Origin: an uncultured virus (IMG/VR IMGVR_UViG_3300009285_011187)
Lineage: Duplodnaviria > Heunggongvirae > Uroviricota > Caudoviricetes
IMG/VR virus record: IMGVR_UViG_3300009285_011187
Length of the DNA: 64,000 nt
Direction: 5' to 3' (one strand)
How positions within the stretch are numbered: the stretch's first letter is position 1; the number at the start of each line of letters is the position of its first letter. Shown here in pieces: positions 45,800-55,859 of the stretch. Position numbers and translations under genes: made by a program. Under the pieces are notes generated by a model. It made no database searches. It saw only the letters and a list, made by a program, of their open reading frames with translations, and was not told where the DNA came from.

Positions 45800-47655
45800 A
45801 GCCCCCAACTCACGTATAACTGCGGATGCAATACTCCCTGGGTCTCAATGGAGTAAATATTTTTTGCATTGTTCGTTCCGGTCGAACCATTTATTTTACA
45901 TAAAAGCTGGATAGCATTGCCGGATGTATACCCCGCCCTGTCAACTATTGCCTGAAGCGCAGTCACAAGGCTTGGGGATTGGTAATCTTGACCGGCAATC
46001 CAGTCAACGGGCGGCTGCCACACGGTTGCTGTGCCTAAAGCCAAACCTAAAAATTCTGCGCTGTTTGTAGGCGCCACTGCGTTATCAATATCATTGAACT
46101 TCAGATCCATTTGCAGTGGATCGTTGGCGAATGTTCCGGAACATCTGACCGTAAAGTATGCTTCAAGGATTGTGGCTCCTTGAGGAATGGTGCTGATGAG
46201 CCTGACACCAAACTCAGAAGTAACACCTACAAGCTCTCCAGCACTTAGATCGCCACTGATACTAAAAACATTGTTGCTGTTATGCCGGAAGTCGTCATAA
46301 GTAGTGGCAGGCTCAAAGGTAGCGCTCCAACTGGACGGCATCGTCGTTGTGGTACTGGAACTCGTTATCGTCGTTGTCGTGCTACTGGTTGTTGTAAGCA
46401 GATTCGTAGTTGTTGTGCTGGCCGTGGAAGACGTGGTCATGGTAGTCGATGTCGTTGATAATGCAGCCAATAGGGTCGCTGTTGTCTTGCAGCTGAATGT
46501 GGTTTGCGCGATTTCGTCGGTTATAAATCGCAACCTTAGTTCATCCTGGGCAAATCGTCCCAGATAGAGAAAAGAGACCAAAAGATGCGGAAGTTCAGTC
46601 GTAGTGCAGGTTTTGCCAATCGCTGAATCCAGGGTAATGGTAGACGAGGAATATCCGACTATGGCGCGGCAGACCTCGGTGTTGTCGGGAAATTTAATAA
46701 ACAGGTATCGTCCGGTAGAATACTGGTCCCAGTGACTACCGTATTCAATGCTGTCGATGTTCAAAACAGTGGCTCCGGCGCTAAATTCAGCGTTGACAAC
46801 AACATCGCGTCGCCATGAAGGAAAATAAAAATTTTGAGCCTGGCCACGCATTCCGTCAAAAAAGTCCATTACAGACTGGATAGCGGATTTGGATAAAAGA
46901 TCGAAGTCTCCATAAAGATAAATGTCGGTATCTTGGTATGTCGAATGACTATAGCCCAGACCAAGGAACTGCAGCATGGAATAAGGATGATTAAAAGATT
47001 GGCGCAGTCCATCTTTCCAGTTGGGCTCGGCATTGAACACGTACTTGCTATTGAAACTATCATAATCTGAAGCATCGCCAATGCTTCTGGTAATGCCGGC
47101 ATCGAATTCTTCCACAGCCGACAACGACAGTTCGGAAACGGCGGAAGTTTGCAACCCAAGTTCCTGGGTCGGCTCGATCCGACATTGCAGGAGGGGATAA
47201 ACCATAGTGTCTGCCGGCCAGGTAGAGCCTAGTTGATCGACCAGGGTTATCGAGGCAGCGCCGATCGTGGCAATCTCGCCTTCTTCATAAGATGTTTCGC
47301 TGCCAATGATTATGCAAGGCGCGCCGACTTCAAAATTGCGATTGGTCGTGGACCCAACATTCAATACATTTTGGCCAGCTGCGGCCTGGGCCGAAAGAGC
47401 TGTGCCATCCTGCCAGAAGGGGATACCCCATATATTGTGCAAATTCCTGTATAATTTCCGCTTAACGCGATTGCTCTCTGCTTCACTATAGAATTGAATG
47501 GTTAATTGTAAGCTGCGACGCGGCCAGGTAAAGAGTGTGGAGCGTTGCTCAGTTCCCTTTGCGGTAGTTAAAATGCCGGTACGCCAGGCACGGTTATATT
47601 CTATCGTGGCATCCCAGTTTGGTTCACGCAGGAGATAGTTGTTGATGGCCAGCAT
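45796..47655 (-). CDS. distal tail/baseplate-like protein with Thr linker and C-terminal accessory domain
   Basis: EPNW, GTEQRS..WPRRSL, FFDGMRGQAQNFYFPSW; T/S tract; IPQGATILEAY domain. Confidence 0.65.
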   Translation of the reverse strand: MLAINNYLLREPNWDATIEYNRAWRTGILTTAKGTEQRSTLFTWPRRSLQLTIQFYSEAESNRVKRKLYRNLHNIWGIPFWQDGTALSAQAAAGQNVLNVGSTTNRNFEVGAPCIIIGSETSYEEGEIATIGAASITLVDQLGSTWPADTMVYPLLQCRIEPTQELGLQTSAVSELSLSAVEEFDAGITRSIGDASDYDSFNSKYVFNAEPNWKDGLRQSFNHPYSMLQFLGLGYSHSTYQDTDIYLYGDFDLLSKSAIQSVMDFFDGMRGQAQNFYFPSWRRDVVVNAEFSAGATVLNIDSIEYGSHWDQYSTGRYLFIKFPDNTEVCRAIVGYSSSTITLDSAIGKTCTTTELPHLLVSFLYLGRFAQDELRLRFITDEIAQTTFSCKTTATLLAALSTTSTTMTTSSTASTTTTNLLTTTSSTTTTITSSSTTTTMPSSWSATFEPATTYDDFRHNSNNVFSISGDLSAGELVGVTSEFGVRLISTIPQGATILEAYFTVRCSGTFANDPLQMDLKFNDIDNAVAPTNSAEFLGLALGTATVWQPPVDWIAGQDYQSPSLVTALQAIVDRAGYTSGNAIQLLCKINGSTGTNNAKNIYSIETQGVLHPQLYVSWGL

Positions 47656-47657
47656 CG

Positions 47658-50600
47658 CTACCCCCTGAAAATCATGCGTCGAATTTTGGGTGCGTTAGAA
47701 GTCATAAAATTCCACATGGCGTTCTGCCCATCAACTGAAGCCATGACACGGCCAATTTCCGATGGATCGAGAACGTTGATGATGTTGGCTATTATGCCCT
47801 GGCCGCCAGATGGCGCTACAACCTTGCCACCTTCTGCGAAGTGGGCTTGGTATCCCTGACGCGATGGTATGGAAGGAATGTGCATGGCCCCTATTTCGAG
47901 TGTGCCTTTATTGATGGCGTCCATGAAGTTGTCGCCATATTTGCGAGCCGAAGAAGCGTTGATAATCCACTCGTCCCGTGAAGCGCGGATATCCACGTCA
48001 TCCGCAGTATCAGTTGTGCCAAGGGCTATCTTGCCGCCTTTTTTGTATCCACGAATCGTAGAAGCAGCTATTAATCCTATTTGGGCACCGACAAACGCTG
48101 ATGCAATTGTTGCAAAAGCTATTCCTCCAGCAGGGCCAAATACCGAACCAGCATTGAATGAATTAATTACGGCCTGCGTGCCTTTAATTACAGCCTCGGC
48201 TAGGGCCGTCGCTTTCATCAGGTAAAACATTTCCTTTGATTTTTTGCCGGAGGCTTCGTAAAGCATTTGGGCCGTGTCGCCGAGCATTTTATTCATATCA
48301 ACAGCGGTCTGCACCCGTATTTGAAAAACGCGGTCTTCTTCCTGCATAGTAATAATGTTGCGTTTTCGATCAGTCTCGGTCATGGCGTCGCGGATAGATG
48401 CGATTTTTCTTGCACCTTCTTCGGTAAGCATTGCTTTGTTTTCTTCGTGTTTGGCTAACTGACCTTCCAGATAAGAATAATATTCTTCAGGTGTTTCCGT
48501 GGTCATGGCCTTGATGTCCACATCGCTGGCCGGCAATTCGGTAGTTAATCTAGAAGCGCCTTTCATTCCTTCTTTCAGGGCTTTTTTCATATTTTCCTGG
48601 TAAACCATAGTCATTGGATCAACCGTACCGGCCAACCTTGTCCCGCCGCCGCGTAAAAAGGTCTGGACACGCTCCAGCATAGTGCCGCCACCCTGCATGG
48701 CGTTAACGGATTCCAGGCCGGCTTTGCCAAAACGATAAGTGGGCGATAGGCCAGCTTCAGCCTTCAGGGCATCGCGGATTGAAGTAATACGAGCAATGCT
48801 TAGTTCGGCGTAGGCCTGGTTCAATTTCTGCAGACTGTCTGTCTCGCCGCGTTCCATCTTGGCCTTGAAATCTTTAAGTTGGTTGAGCAGTTCTCCAATA
48901 TTGCGTTGCGCGTTAAGCAGTTTCGTCATGTCGCCGCGCAGACCTTCCGGATCGTCGGCAATGGCTTTTTCCATTGCAGCGAATAGATCCGCAAAGGCGG
49001 TTATGGCTTCATCGATACTGGGAGCGGTATTTAATGATTCAGTAATGTTGCCGATGATTTCCTGTGTGTTGAAATCGTTATAACCTGCACTGAAGATTTG
49101 GCCAGCGCCAGTACCTGCAGACCTGAAACGTTCCAGGCCAGCAGCACGCTGTCTTTTGAAGAAGTCAGGAATGGAGATGCCGCCACGTTCCATAATGGCG
49201 TTGAGTGAAGATATGGTGGCGTCCATCTCTTCTTTGTAGATTGCCGAAACCATATCAGCTCTGGATTTGGCTTCCGCGGCCAGGCGTTCACGTTGTTTCT
49301 GGTCGTATTGAGCATTGATTGCTGCAAGAGCAGCGTTACGGCCAGGGTCGTCCAGGACTTTCCAATCTTTGGATGACTTAACGCGCTGCAACGCGGATTC
49401 CCGTTCGGCATTGATGCGAGCGACGCCTTCCGGAATCGCCTTAGCAAAATTTTCAATGATGTTGGTTTGGGCAGTGCCAATCTTGATGATAAGCTCTTCG
49501 TTAAAGTGGGCAGCGGCAGCATTGATCGCCTGCATTCTTGCTTCCTGCCATTCCTTGGGCCATTTTGCACGATTCATTTCAAAGACGGTATTCAAGGCTT
49601 CAAGTTGTGATTTGCGCCACCCTTCGATAACGTCAGTGGAATTTTTTTCAATAATTTGGTCCCACATTGCAGCGGTCTTGGATACAAATTGCGAACCTCG
49701 TTCCTGTTCTTTGAGTAGGATCTGTTCGGCAATAGTTGAACCGGAAACCTTTGCCATCATTAAATTTGGATCGTTAAAAAAATATTCGCCTTTGCCTTTC
49801 GGCTGAAGAAACTGATATTTGTCTGCAGCGGCCTTGGCACTGGCGCCAACGAGTCCGGGATCCATGCCAAAGAAGTCACGCATAAAAGTCAGATTGCGTA
49901 TTTCCTGTTTAAATGATTCCGCCATATTCTTGCCGACATCGGGACCAGCGTTAAGCAGTGTTTTTGCGAGATCCTGGCCAAGGCGCAAATTCTCGCCGGC
50001 CCTTTGTGCGCGTTCCCGCTCTGTGCCTTCCAGGTTGCGCGGAGCAATCTTATAAGCTTCTCGGGGATCCACAGCGCCGATTGGGAATTTCGCGTCGGAC
50101 CATTTCATGACAGACAGAAGATTGTTGAGTTCTGTGAATTTCTGGATATATTCCTGCGGGCTCTGTATGCCCTGACCAGGCGTAGCCGCGGCCGGCTTCG
50201 TTGTACCGAAAAGCCAGTTCGAGAATTGCGAGAAAAGCGTGTTGGGACCGCCGCCACCAGGACCACCTGCACCACCGCCGCCTGGCTGTTGATCCCTGAT
50301 CCAGGATAGCGTGGAATGATCTACATTGTACGGCCGAATCGGCGTGATCATCCTGTAGCCCGGTTCCCGTGGATCCTCGGCCCGACGCCACATTTCATTA
50401 GGAACTCCAAGGTAAGATTCCATGAAGTAGCGTCGTTTGGCGTTTTCGGTCATCTTTGTGCGTTCGTTGTAGCCCATCATGTACTTGATTAGTGGGTCGG
50501 AATATTCGTATTTGGCGCCGCGTTCTGGTCCAAATTCCCTGCCAGTGCGGATATCTCTGCCGGTAACAAAAGACGTAAACATTGAAGCTACCGGTGTTAT

Positions 50601-52412
50601 CTGGTTGATCAGTTTTCGCCAATCACCTTTTAGCACAGATGAAATAACTTCCATGAAATCGTCGCGACTGAGACGGAAGCCACTGACATTGCCAATCATA
50701 GATTTGTCGAGATAGGGTGGCCGAAGACTGGGATCTCTCTTTATTGCTTCTGGAGTTGTGGCCTCTTGAACATGGCCCATGGTCGTAAAAAATGGCTGGC
50801 CTTTGGACATTAAGTATGGTTGCCGGCCAAATTGGGTCGCTTGGTACTGGTACCAGGGAAATACTTCCATCATAGCGCGTTCAAACGGGGTACGAAAAGC
50901 TTTGGCATAGTTGCCATGCGTCAATTCAGCAATGTCGGCCGCTTTTTCCACGCCTTTGGAAAGGTTGCCAAGGTAAGTAAGTACCATAGGAAATGTTTGC
51001 GAAAGACTGGCCATTTGTTTGGAACCTGCCAAGGTAGCTTCAGATGGACCGGTCGAGGAAACCATGCCAGTACGACCCAGAACTTTCCATAGTTCAGGAT
51101 CAGAGGCGCCTTTGCTTTTCAAAACATTAAAAGCCCTTGGTATGTCTTTAATGTTACCACCAGCGATCATGCTATTTAACATTTCGTCCATGAAATTGCC
51201 GGCATGCCATCGCGGATCGTAGGCTACCATCTGCTTCCAGAAATTAGTGGTTTTGGATATGCCGCCGAGAAGACCAGTGGGCTTGGTAATCTCGCCGAAA
51301 ATATTTTGTAATATCTTCGTTTTGATCGGATCAAAGAAAATATTATCTTGGCCAAGGTCAGCAAGCGAGTTACCGTATTTTAAGTTTGTTAAACTTTGAG
51401 CTTTGGACAGGGTCGGTTTATTGCCACGAAGTTCCCTTGTAAGCGCGATAAGTGTATTTTCTGCACTTTTAATTAGATCCCCAATGTTTGCTTTGGTTTT
51501 TATCGTACCAGAAGCAATTAGGTCTTGTATTTTTTTTAGATTTGTTAATTTTGTTTGCGTATCCTGGAGATCCCTGTTGACTGTTGCCTGCTCAACTGTA
51601 TCAAAGATTTTCGTGTCATTATTGGTTATATTGGCACTAGGAATCTTTATGCCAAATTTAGCGAGGATGCTTTTATCGCCGCCATAATAAGCTTCACGCA
51701 CTGCATGCCGAAATTCTTCAGCGTTTTTCTGGCCACTTTTACCGAGATCGTAGTACAGATCAAAACTGCGGCCAACAGCATCGATCCCCTTCTCGATTGT
51801 TGCAGACTTACTGGCAATATTTTTGGTGACAGTGGTAAGTTTTTTGGCGACAGAGAACATTTTGCCTGTAGTGCCGAACCCAGCCGATGGATCCATGATG
51901 ATGTCCATGGCCAAGCCGCCACTTTCCTTGGCCCAGGTGCCAGATTGACCAAAAACATCTCTCATAATATCAGAGCCGCCACGACGCACGCTGCTTCGAT
52001 ATTCACGGCCCGTTGCAGCGCTGGCCATATCCTCAACAACGTTCTTAGCATAGATTTTTAGTTCTGAGAGTAAGGTATTGAGTGCGGTAGCATCCTTGTT
52101 CTGAGTAGAAGCGCGCCATGTAGCATCGGGCAAGGCCTGCAGCGGCGACATAGCGCGCATTAGGATCTCGATGTTGCCAATATCATGTCGCTTACCTGTT
52201 CCGGGATCAATATTACTAAGGATCTGGGGAATACTGCTGCCAGATGGATTGATGTTTGAAAGTTTGGCAAAGGTTGCTTTAGCGACGGCATCGCGGCGGC
52301 GGCGCAGGTTGTCTATCTCGCCGGCAAGTTCCTGATTCCTGACCCAGGTTTCAGTGGATTCCTTGAGCTGACGTACTTCTTCTTCGAGTCTCTTGGTAGT
52401 ATCGTCGGCCAT
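47658..52412 (-). CDS. tape measure protein (atypical)
   Basis: 1584 aa, downstream of the tail chaperone; C-terminal GYKKGG...DDVDIRASRDEWIINASSARKYG and FAEGG motifs. Confidence 0.75.
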   Translation of the reverse strand: MADDTTKRLEEEVRQLKESTETWVRNQELAGEIDNLRRRRDAVAKATFAKLSNINPSGSSIPQILSNIDPGTGKRHDIGNIEILMRAMSPLQALPDATWRASTQNKDATALNTLLSELKIYAKNVVEDMASAATGREYRSSVRRGGSDIMRDVFGQSGTWAKESGGLAMDIIMDPSAGFGTTGKMFSVAKKLTTVTKNIASKSATIEKGIDAVGRSFDLYYDLGKSGQKNAEEFRHAVREAYYGGDKSILAKFGIKIPSANITNNDTKIFDTVEQATVNRDLQDTQTKLTNLKKIQDLIASGTIKTKANIGDLIKSAENTLIALTRELRGNKPTLSKAQSLTNLKYGNSLADLGQDNIFFDPIKTKILQNIFGEITKPTGLLGGISKTTNFWKQMVAYDPRWHAGNFMDEMLNSMIAGGNIKDIPRAFNVLKSKGASDPELWKVLGRTGMVSSTGPSEATLAGSKQMASLSQTFPMVLTYLGNLSKGVEKAADIAELTHGNYAKAFRTPFERAMMEVFPWYQYQATQFGRQPYLMSKGQPFFTTMGHVQEATTPEAIKRDPSLRPPYLDKSMIGNVSGFRLSRDDFMEVISSVLKGDWRKLINQITPVASMFTSFVTGRDIRTGREFGPERGAKYEYSDPLIKYMMGYNERTKMTENAKRRYFMESYLGVPNEMWRRAEDPREPGYRMITPIRPYNVDHSTLSWIRDQQPGGGGAGGPGGGGPNTLFSQFSNWLFGTTKPAAATPGQGIQSPQEYIQKFTELNNLLSVMKWSDAKFPIGAVDPREAYKIAPRNLEGTERERAQRAGENLRLGQDLAKTLLNAGPDVGKNMAESFKQEIRNLTFMRDFFGMDPGLVGASAKAAADKYQFLQPKGKGEYFFNDPNLMMAKVSGSTIAEQILLKEQERGSQFVSKTAAMWDQIIEKNSTDVIEGWRKSQLEALNTVFEMNRAKWPKEWQEARMQAINAAAAHFNEELIIKIGTAQTNIIENFAKAIPEGVARINAERESALQRVKSSKDWKVLDDPGRNAALAAINAQYDQKQRERLAAEAKSRADMVSAIYKEEMDATISSLNAIMERGGISIPDFFKRQRAAGLERFRSAGTGAGQIFSAGYNDFNTQEIIGNITESLNTAPSIDEAITAFADLFAAMEKAIADDPEGLRGDMTKLLNAQRNIGELLNQLKDFKAKMERGETDSLQKLNQAYAELSIARITSIRDALKAEAGLSPTYRFGKAGLESVNAMQGGGTMLERVQTFLRGGGTRLAGTVDPMTMVYQENMKKALKEGMKGASRLTTELPASDVDIKAMTTETPEEYYSYLEGQLAKHEENKAMLTEEGARKIASIRDAMTETDRKRNIITMQEEDRVFQIRVQTAVDMNKMLGDTAQMLYEASGKKSKEMFYLMKATALAEAVIKGTQAVINSFNAGSVFGPAGGIAFATIASAFVGAQIGLIAASTIRGYKKGGKIALGTTDTADDVDIRASRDEWIINASSARKYGDNFMDAINKGTLEIGAMHIPSIPSRQGYQAHFAEGGKVVAPSGGQGIIANIINVLDPSEIGRVMASVDGQNAMWNFMTSNAPKIRRMIFRG

Positions 52413-52424
52413 CGTCTTGCCTCA

Positions 52425-52703
52425 TCATTCGCGTAAAAAAGTATTGAGATCCTGCTGTCCGGCCCTGGTGCCATAATATACGCCCAGCGCTATCGCCTTG
52501 CGAAGCTGTTTGAAGAACGCAACTTCATTCTTGTGTAATTCGTTAAGCGCCGTTAAGAAGAAGGAGTATCCGTATCCCCAGGCGTTAACGTGTCCCTTTT
52601 CGATAAGCCGGCAAACCTCAGTATCAATTCGCCTGTAATTATCTTCCGGATTGTTACGATGAATGGATTTTCGCCCTCCACTCGCTGGGCCAGGTCGAAA
52701 AAA
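52425..52703 (-). CDS. -1 frameshift extension of tail chaperone (GT)
   Basis: T TTT TTC heptamer at 52703-52697; the -1 frame is open to 52425 (CRLIEKGHVNAWGYGYSFFLTAL...). Confidence 0.65.
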   Translation of the reverse strand, partial: FFRPGPASGGRKSIHRNNPEDNYRRIDTEVCRLIEKGHVNAWGYGYSFFLTALNELHKNEVAFFKQLRKAIALGVYYGTRAGQQDLNTFLRE

Positions 52704-52993
52704 ACCTGGTTCACCTCCTGAAATGAATTGTATATGGGCGCCAATTCCGATGGCGTGAGATCGCCGATTTCATCAAGAGTGATCCCGGCCACGCAGTCTG
52801 CCCAATTTTTTTTCAGGAAGTCGTCGCCAATAAAGGTGAAGGTAGGATCGGCATCCTTGTTGTCAGTATCGGTGCTGGCTTGCGGCTCGCCTACCGTTGC
52901 GAGATCCTGCCATACTTTCTTAATCTGATTGACCGACAACTCAAAAACCGTGATACGTCGATCGTCGATCTTCACTTCCTTTGTCGCCCGCAT
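52553..52993 (-). CDS. tail assembly chaperone (G)
   Basis: between tail tube and tape measure; EVNQVFFD slippery region. Confidence 0.7.
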   Translation of the reverse strand: MRATKEVKIDDRRITVFELSVNQIKKVWQDLATVGEPQASTDTDNKDADPTFTFIGDDFLKKNWADCVAGITLDEIGDLTPSELAPIYNSFQEVNQVFFDLAQRVEGENPFIVTIRKIITGELILRFAGLSKRDTLTPGDTDTPSS

Positions 52994-53012
52994 AAAAATC
53001 CTTTCTTTGCCA

Positions 53013-53032
53013 GCGGGGGATTGCTCCCCCGC
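53013..53032 (-). terminator. GC-rich hairpin after the tail tube gene
   Basis: GCGGGGGA-GCAA-TCCCCCGC on the - strand; no clear U tract. Confidence 0.45.
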
Positions 53033-53048
53033 AAAGCAAGGTTAATGG

Positions 53049-53618
53049 TTAGTCGGTCGTGGTCGTTGTCGTCGAGGTTGTGGTCGTAGAGGTCGTCGTA
53101 TCGAAGGTCTCGGTAAACCACGGACTTACAGCGTGGTTTACTCGATCAGCGATTCCTTCGCCAGAAAAGCTCAGGGTTGTGTATTCCTGACTGATTAGCG
53201 AAAAACGACCATTGGGCGTCAGTTTGCATTTCCAGAACTCGACCTTTTTGTTCGGCCCTACTGGGTTGTCGGAAATGAATTTCAAAGCGTAGAGCTGATT
53301 GACGTTCTGGTTCGCGTACAACACTCTGGTCCCGGACATCGAGGCCTTGATAAACATCCTCATGTTCTCGACAGATTGCTCGTCGAGTATAAAGGATAGG
53401 TTATAGCCGACTTCGACAACCGTTTCTTGGTCCTTTTCACGCATGCCAGTGCGCGAACTATAATGTGGCAGGGTCTGCTCTGTCACCTGATAGTCAATAT
53501 TTGAAGCGTTGCCAACGTCGGCATAAGCCCCTGGCGCAGATCCTGCCCACTTGGCAATGTATAGGATACCCTTGCCAATGGTGTAGTTGTTAATCGACGG
53601 AGATTCTTCCGGTCCCAT
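53049..53618 (-). CDS. major tail tube protein with Thr tail
   Basis: YTIGKGILY...DVGN...HYSSRTG...SDNPVGPN; ends TTTSTTTTSTTTTTTD. Confidence 0.8.
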   Translation of the reverse strand: MGPEESPSINNYTIGKGILYIAKWAGSAPGAYADVGNASNIDYQVTEQTLPHYSSRTGMREKDQETVVEVGYNLSFILDEQSVENMRMFIKASMSGTRVLYANQNVNQLYALKFISDNPVGPNKKVEFWKCKLTPNGRFSLISQEYTTLSFSGEGIADRVNHAVSPWFTETFDTTTSTTTTSTTTTTTD

Positions 53619-53632
53619 ATTGCATTCCTCCT

Positions 53633-54097
53633 TTAGTTCGCTATTTCAAATTGAAAATAATGTTGTTCGTAAACGGTAAAAAGATCGGTCGTAATCAGAT
53701 ATTGACCATCGCTTTCTATCGTCAATTCGCCGGCGCCAGGGACAAGAACCTTGCCGTCCAGCACCTTACGACACTGATCAAGCAAAAACAGAACGTTGGG
53801 TACGTCTGTACTGCCGATCATGTGCGTGTTCGCATCGCCAATATAAATGGAGATTTCATGCTTCATCTGGCGATTGCGGTTTTGCTGTTCCCTTGGCCAG
53901 CGAAACCGATCCTTGGAAATCACCAAGGCAAACGGAGTAGTCAAATTAACTTCCGCAGGGAAAGTAACGCTTTTCAACTGTTGAAGTTTGCTGAACCGAT
54001 CCAGCTCACCATTGTAAGGCCTGACAAGGTTAAAGGTCGGCAGATTAGCGCGCAGGTGATTGCATATCTTTTCAACCGATGTCGTGCGATCCAGCAT
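53633..54097 (-). CDS. tail terminator (Mu gp37-like)
   Basis: VRPYNGELD...PFALV; position between head-tail adaptor and tube. Confidence 0.6.
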   Translation of the reverse strand: MLDRTTSVEKICNHLRANLPTFNLVRPYNGELDRFSKLQQLKSVTFPAEVNLTTPFALVISKDRFRWPREQQNRNRQMKHEISIYIGDANTHMIGSTDVPNVLFLLDQCRKVLDGKVLVPGAGELTIESDGQYLITTDLFTVYEQHYFQFEIAN

Positions 54098-54531
54098 TAA
54101 AAGGTCTCCATATAGTCAACAGTGAATTTCTGGTCTCTGGTATCCACAGCATGAGCGGAAACAGCGGACTCTTCAACAACGCCGTCTTCATCCTGGCCAA
54201 AAGACAGTTTGCCTTCGGCGATCTTTTCGAGCGTCTTGAGACATTTGTCATAGGCGCGCTCCCAGACATCCGAAGCGAAGTACTTGCGCAGGTGCAGTTT
54301 CCATATTGCCATCTGTGCCGAAAGATTTGCAGCCATAGGAGGAACTGGATCCATAGGCACATCGTACCCGGCCATAATGGCGTAAGCATCGATTTCCCGA
54401 TCTGCGACATCAATGACTTCGTCGATATTGGTTTGGTTCACTACAACTGCCCCGGGAATGTCATTCGACAAATTAATCAAAATCGTTTCCGGGATCAGTT
54501 TTTTCATGTCAGTGACCGTGCAGTAAGCCAT
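54097..54531 (-). CDS. head-tail adaptor (Mu gp36/DUF1320-like)
   Basis: MAYCT..D, ADREIDAY...YDVP, LEKIAEGKLSFG. Confidence 0.85.
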   Translation of the reverse strand: MAYCTVTDMKKLIPETILINLSNDIPGAVVVNQTNIDEVIDVADREIDAYAIMAGYDVPMDPVPPMAANLSAQMAIWKLHLRKYFASDVWERAYDKCLKTLEKIAEGKLSFGQDEDGVVEESAVSAHAVDTRDQKFTVDYMETF

Positions 54532-54863
54532 GGGATCCTCCTTATTATGCGCCCTTTATCGGTTTCAATGATGCCAAATTTCAAGGCGTAAGCCTTGAGT
54601 GCCGATAGGGGCAGTCGCTTCTTTTCCGGTATGGGCAGCCTGCCAATCAACTCACCAGGAACAAGGTGACGTGGTCTTTTTGCTCCAGTGACTATTGTGC
54701 GTCGATATCTTAACTGCCCAGATGGATAAAGGGATTTCGCCAACACTGCATTCAGGTACACGCGATCCCCTTTGCCATAATACCGCTGGCCGATTTTAAT
54801 ACGGCCAGCGGTCACTTCGTAGCAATATGGTCCAGGCCATTCTATCCGATCTATCTTGATCAT
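54504..54863 (-). CDS. hypothetical head-region protein
   Basis: ATG overlaps the capsid stop; basic ORF. Confidence 0.45.
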   Translation of the reverse strand: MIKIDRIEWPGPYCYEVTAGRIKIGQRYYGKGDRVYLNAVLAKSLYPSGQLRYRRTIVTGAKRPRHLVPGELIGRLPIPEKKRLPLSALKAYALKFGIIETDKGRIIRRIPWLTARSLT

Positions 54864-55828
54864 CAGGCCTTGGTGTTTTTGATCAGATAGCCGGCGCCGG
54901 ACATGATCAGCATCTGGTCCCAGATGTCGGTGCATCGCACATTGACCAGCTTTCCCCCGGACTCGAGATAGATGTCTACATAGGGGTAGGGCTTGGTGCC
55001 GAACATCGGCCGGATCGTGTAACCGAAACAGGGCTCATCGAGGCTTGGGGTTTCGGTCGGTGGAATGTAGGCCAGAAGCGCGAAGTCGCCCCACAGATCG
55101 TAGAAGGCTTCCGCTGAATCCAGTGCCATGGACATACCGACGAGCACTTTGTCGAATCCGTGGATTTCCTTGATGAATTCCGGTGTCACGACTTTATGGT
55201 TCGTCGAGGCCAACTTGTCGGTATAGTTGGCATGGAACTTCAGCTGGAGCCATGTGTCATTGCCGATAATGAACGTATTGGGGTAAATGCCGATGGATCC
55301 CCGGATCGCTTCTTTGCCGGCGTCGATGTCTGTAACCGGGGTAGATCCCGTGGCGCTCCAGCAATCGGCGCCGGAAAGAGTGACAACATTCGCGGCCGGA
55401 TAGTTGGCCGAACTCTGGACCATATCGGCGACGACTTTCTCCAGTTCCAGCTTTAGGTTCCATTGAACGCGCCGGCGAGTCCTGTCCTGCAAATTAAACA
55501 ACGCCTTGAGAACGAAGTCTGATGGCAGGGCAGCAAGTGCATCAAGGTCGCGTTGATCCAGGGGGATAGCCAAATCGTGTTCCTCGCAGCTGAAAGACAG
55601 CCACGATTCCGGCGAAATGGTGCCCTTATTGGAATCGGCGCCACGGGCTCGCAGGGTTTCGTAAATTTTGAATGCATCTTTTCCGAAGACCGGTACCTTG
55701 CCGCTCAAGGAAATGCTGCGCGCAACTGGAAATACCTGTTCGCCGATCAAGCCTCGCGGCGTATAACCGGCAGCCAATGTGGTTAAAGGAACGCTAATTC
55801 CTTCTGTAATTGCTTCAAACAAATTCAT
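54863..55828 (-). CDS. major capsid protein
   Basis: LTTLAAGY...IGEQVFPV...FGKDAF..YETLRARGA; PNTFIIG; 321 aa; AGGAGG RBS. Confidence 0.85.
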   Translation of the reverse strand: MNLFEAITEGISVPLTTLAAGYTPRGLIGEQVFPVARSISLSGKVPVFGKDAFKIYETLRARGADSNKGTISPESWLSFSCEEHDLAIPLDQRDLDALAALPSDFVLKALFNLQDRTRRRVQWNLKLELEKVVADMVQSSANYPAANVVTLSGADCWSATGSTPVTDIDAGKEAIRGSIGIYPNTFIIGNDTWLQLKFHANYTDKLASTNHKVVTPEFIKEIHGFDKVLVGMSMALDSAEAFYDLWGDFALLAYIPPTETPSLDEPCFGYTIRPMFGTKPYPYVDIYLESGGKLVNVRCTDIWDQMLIMSGAGYLIKNTKA

Positions 55829-55859
55829 GGTGAATATCCTCCTTAGTTAATCAGCGCCA

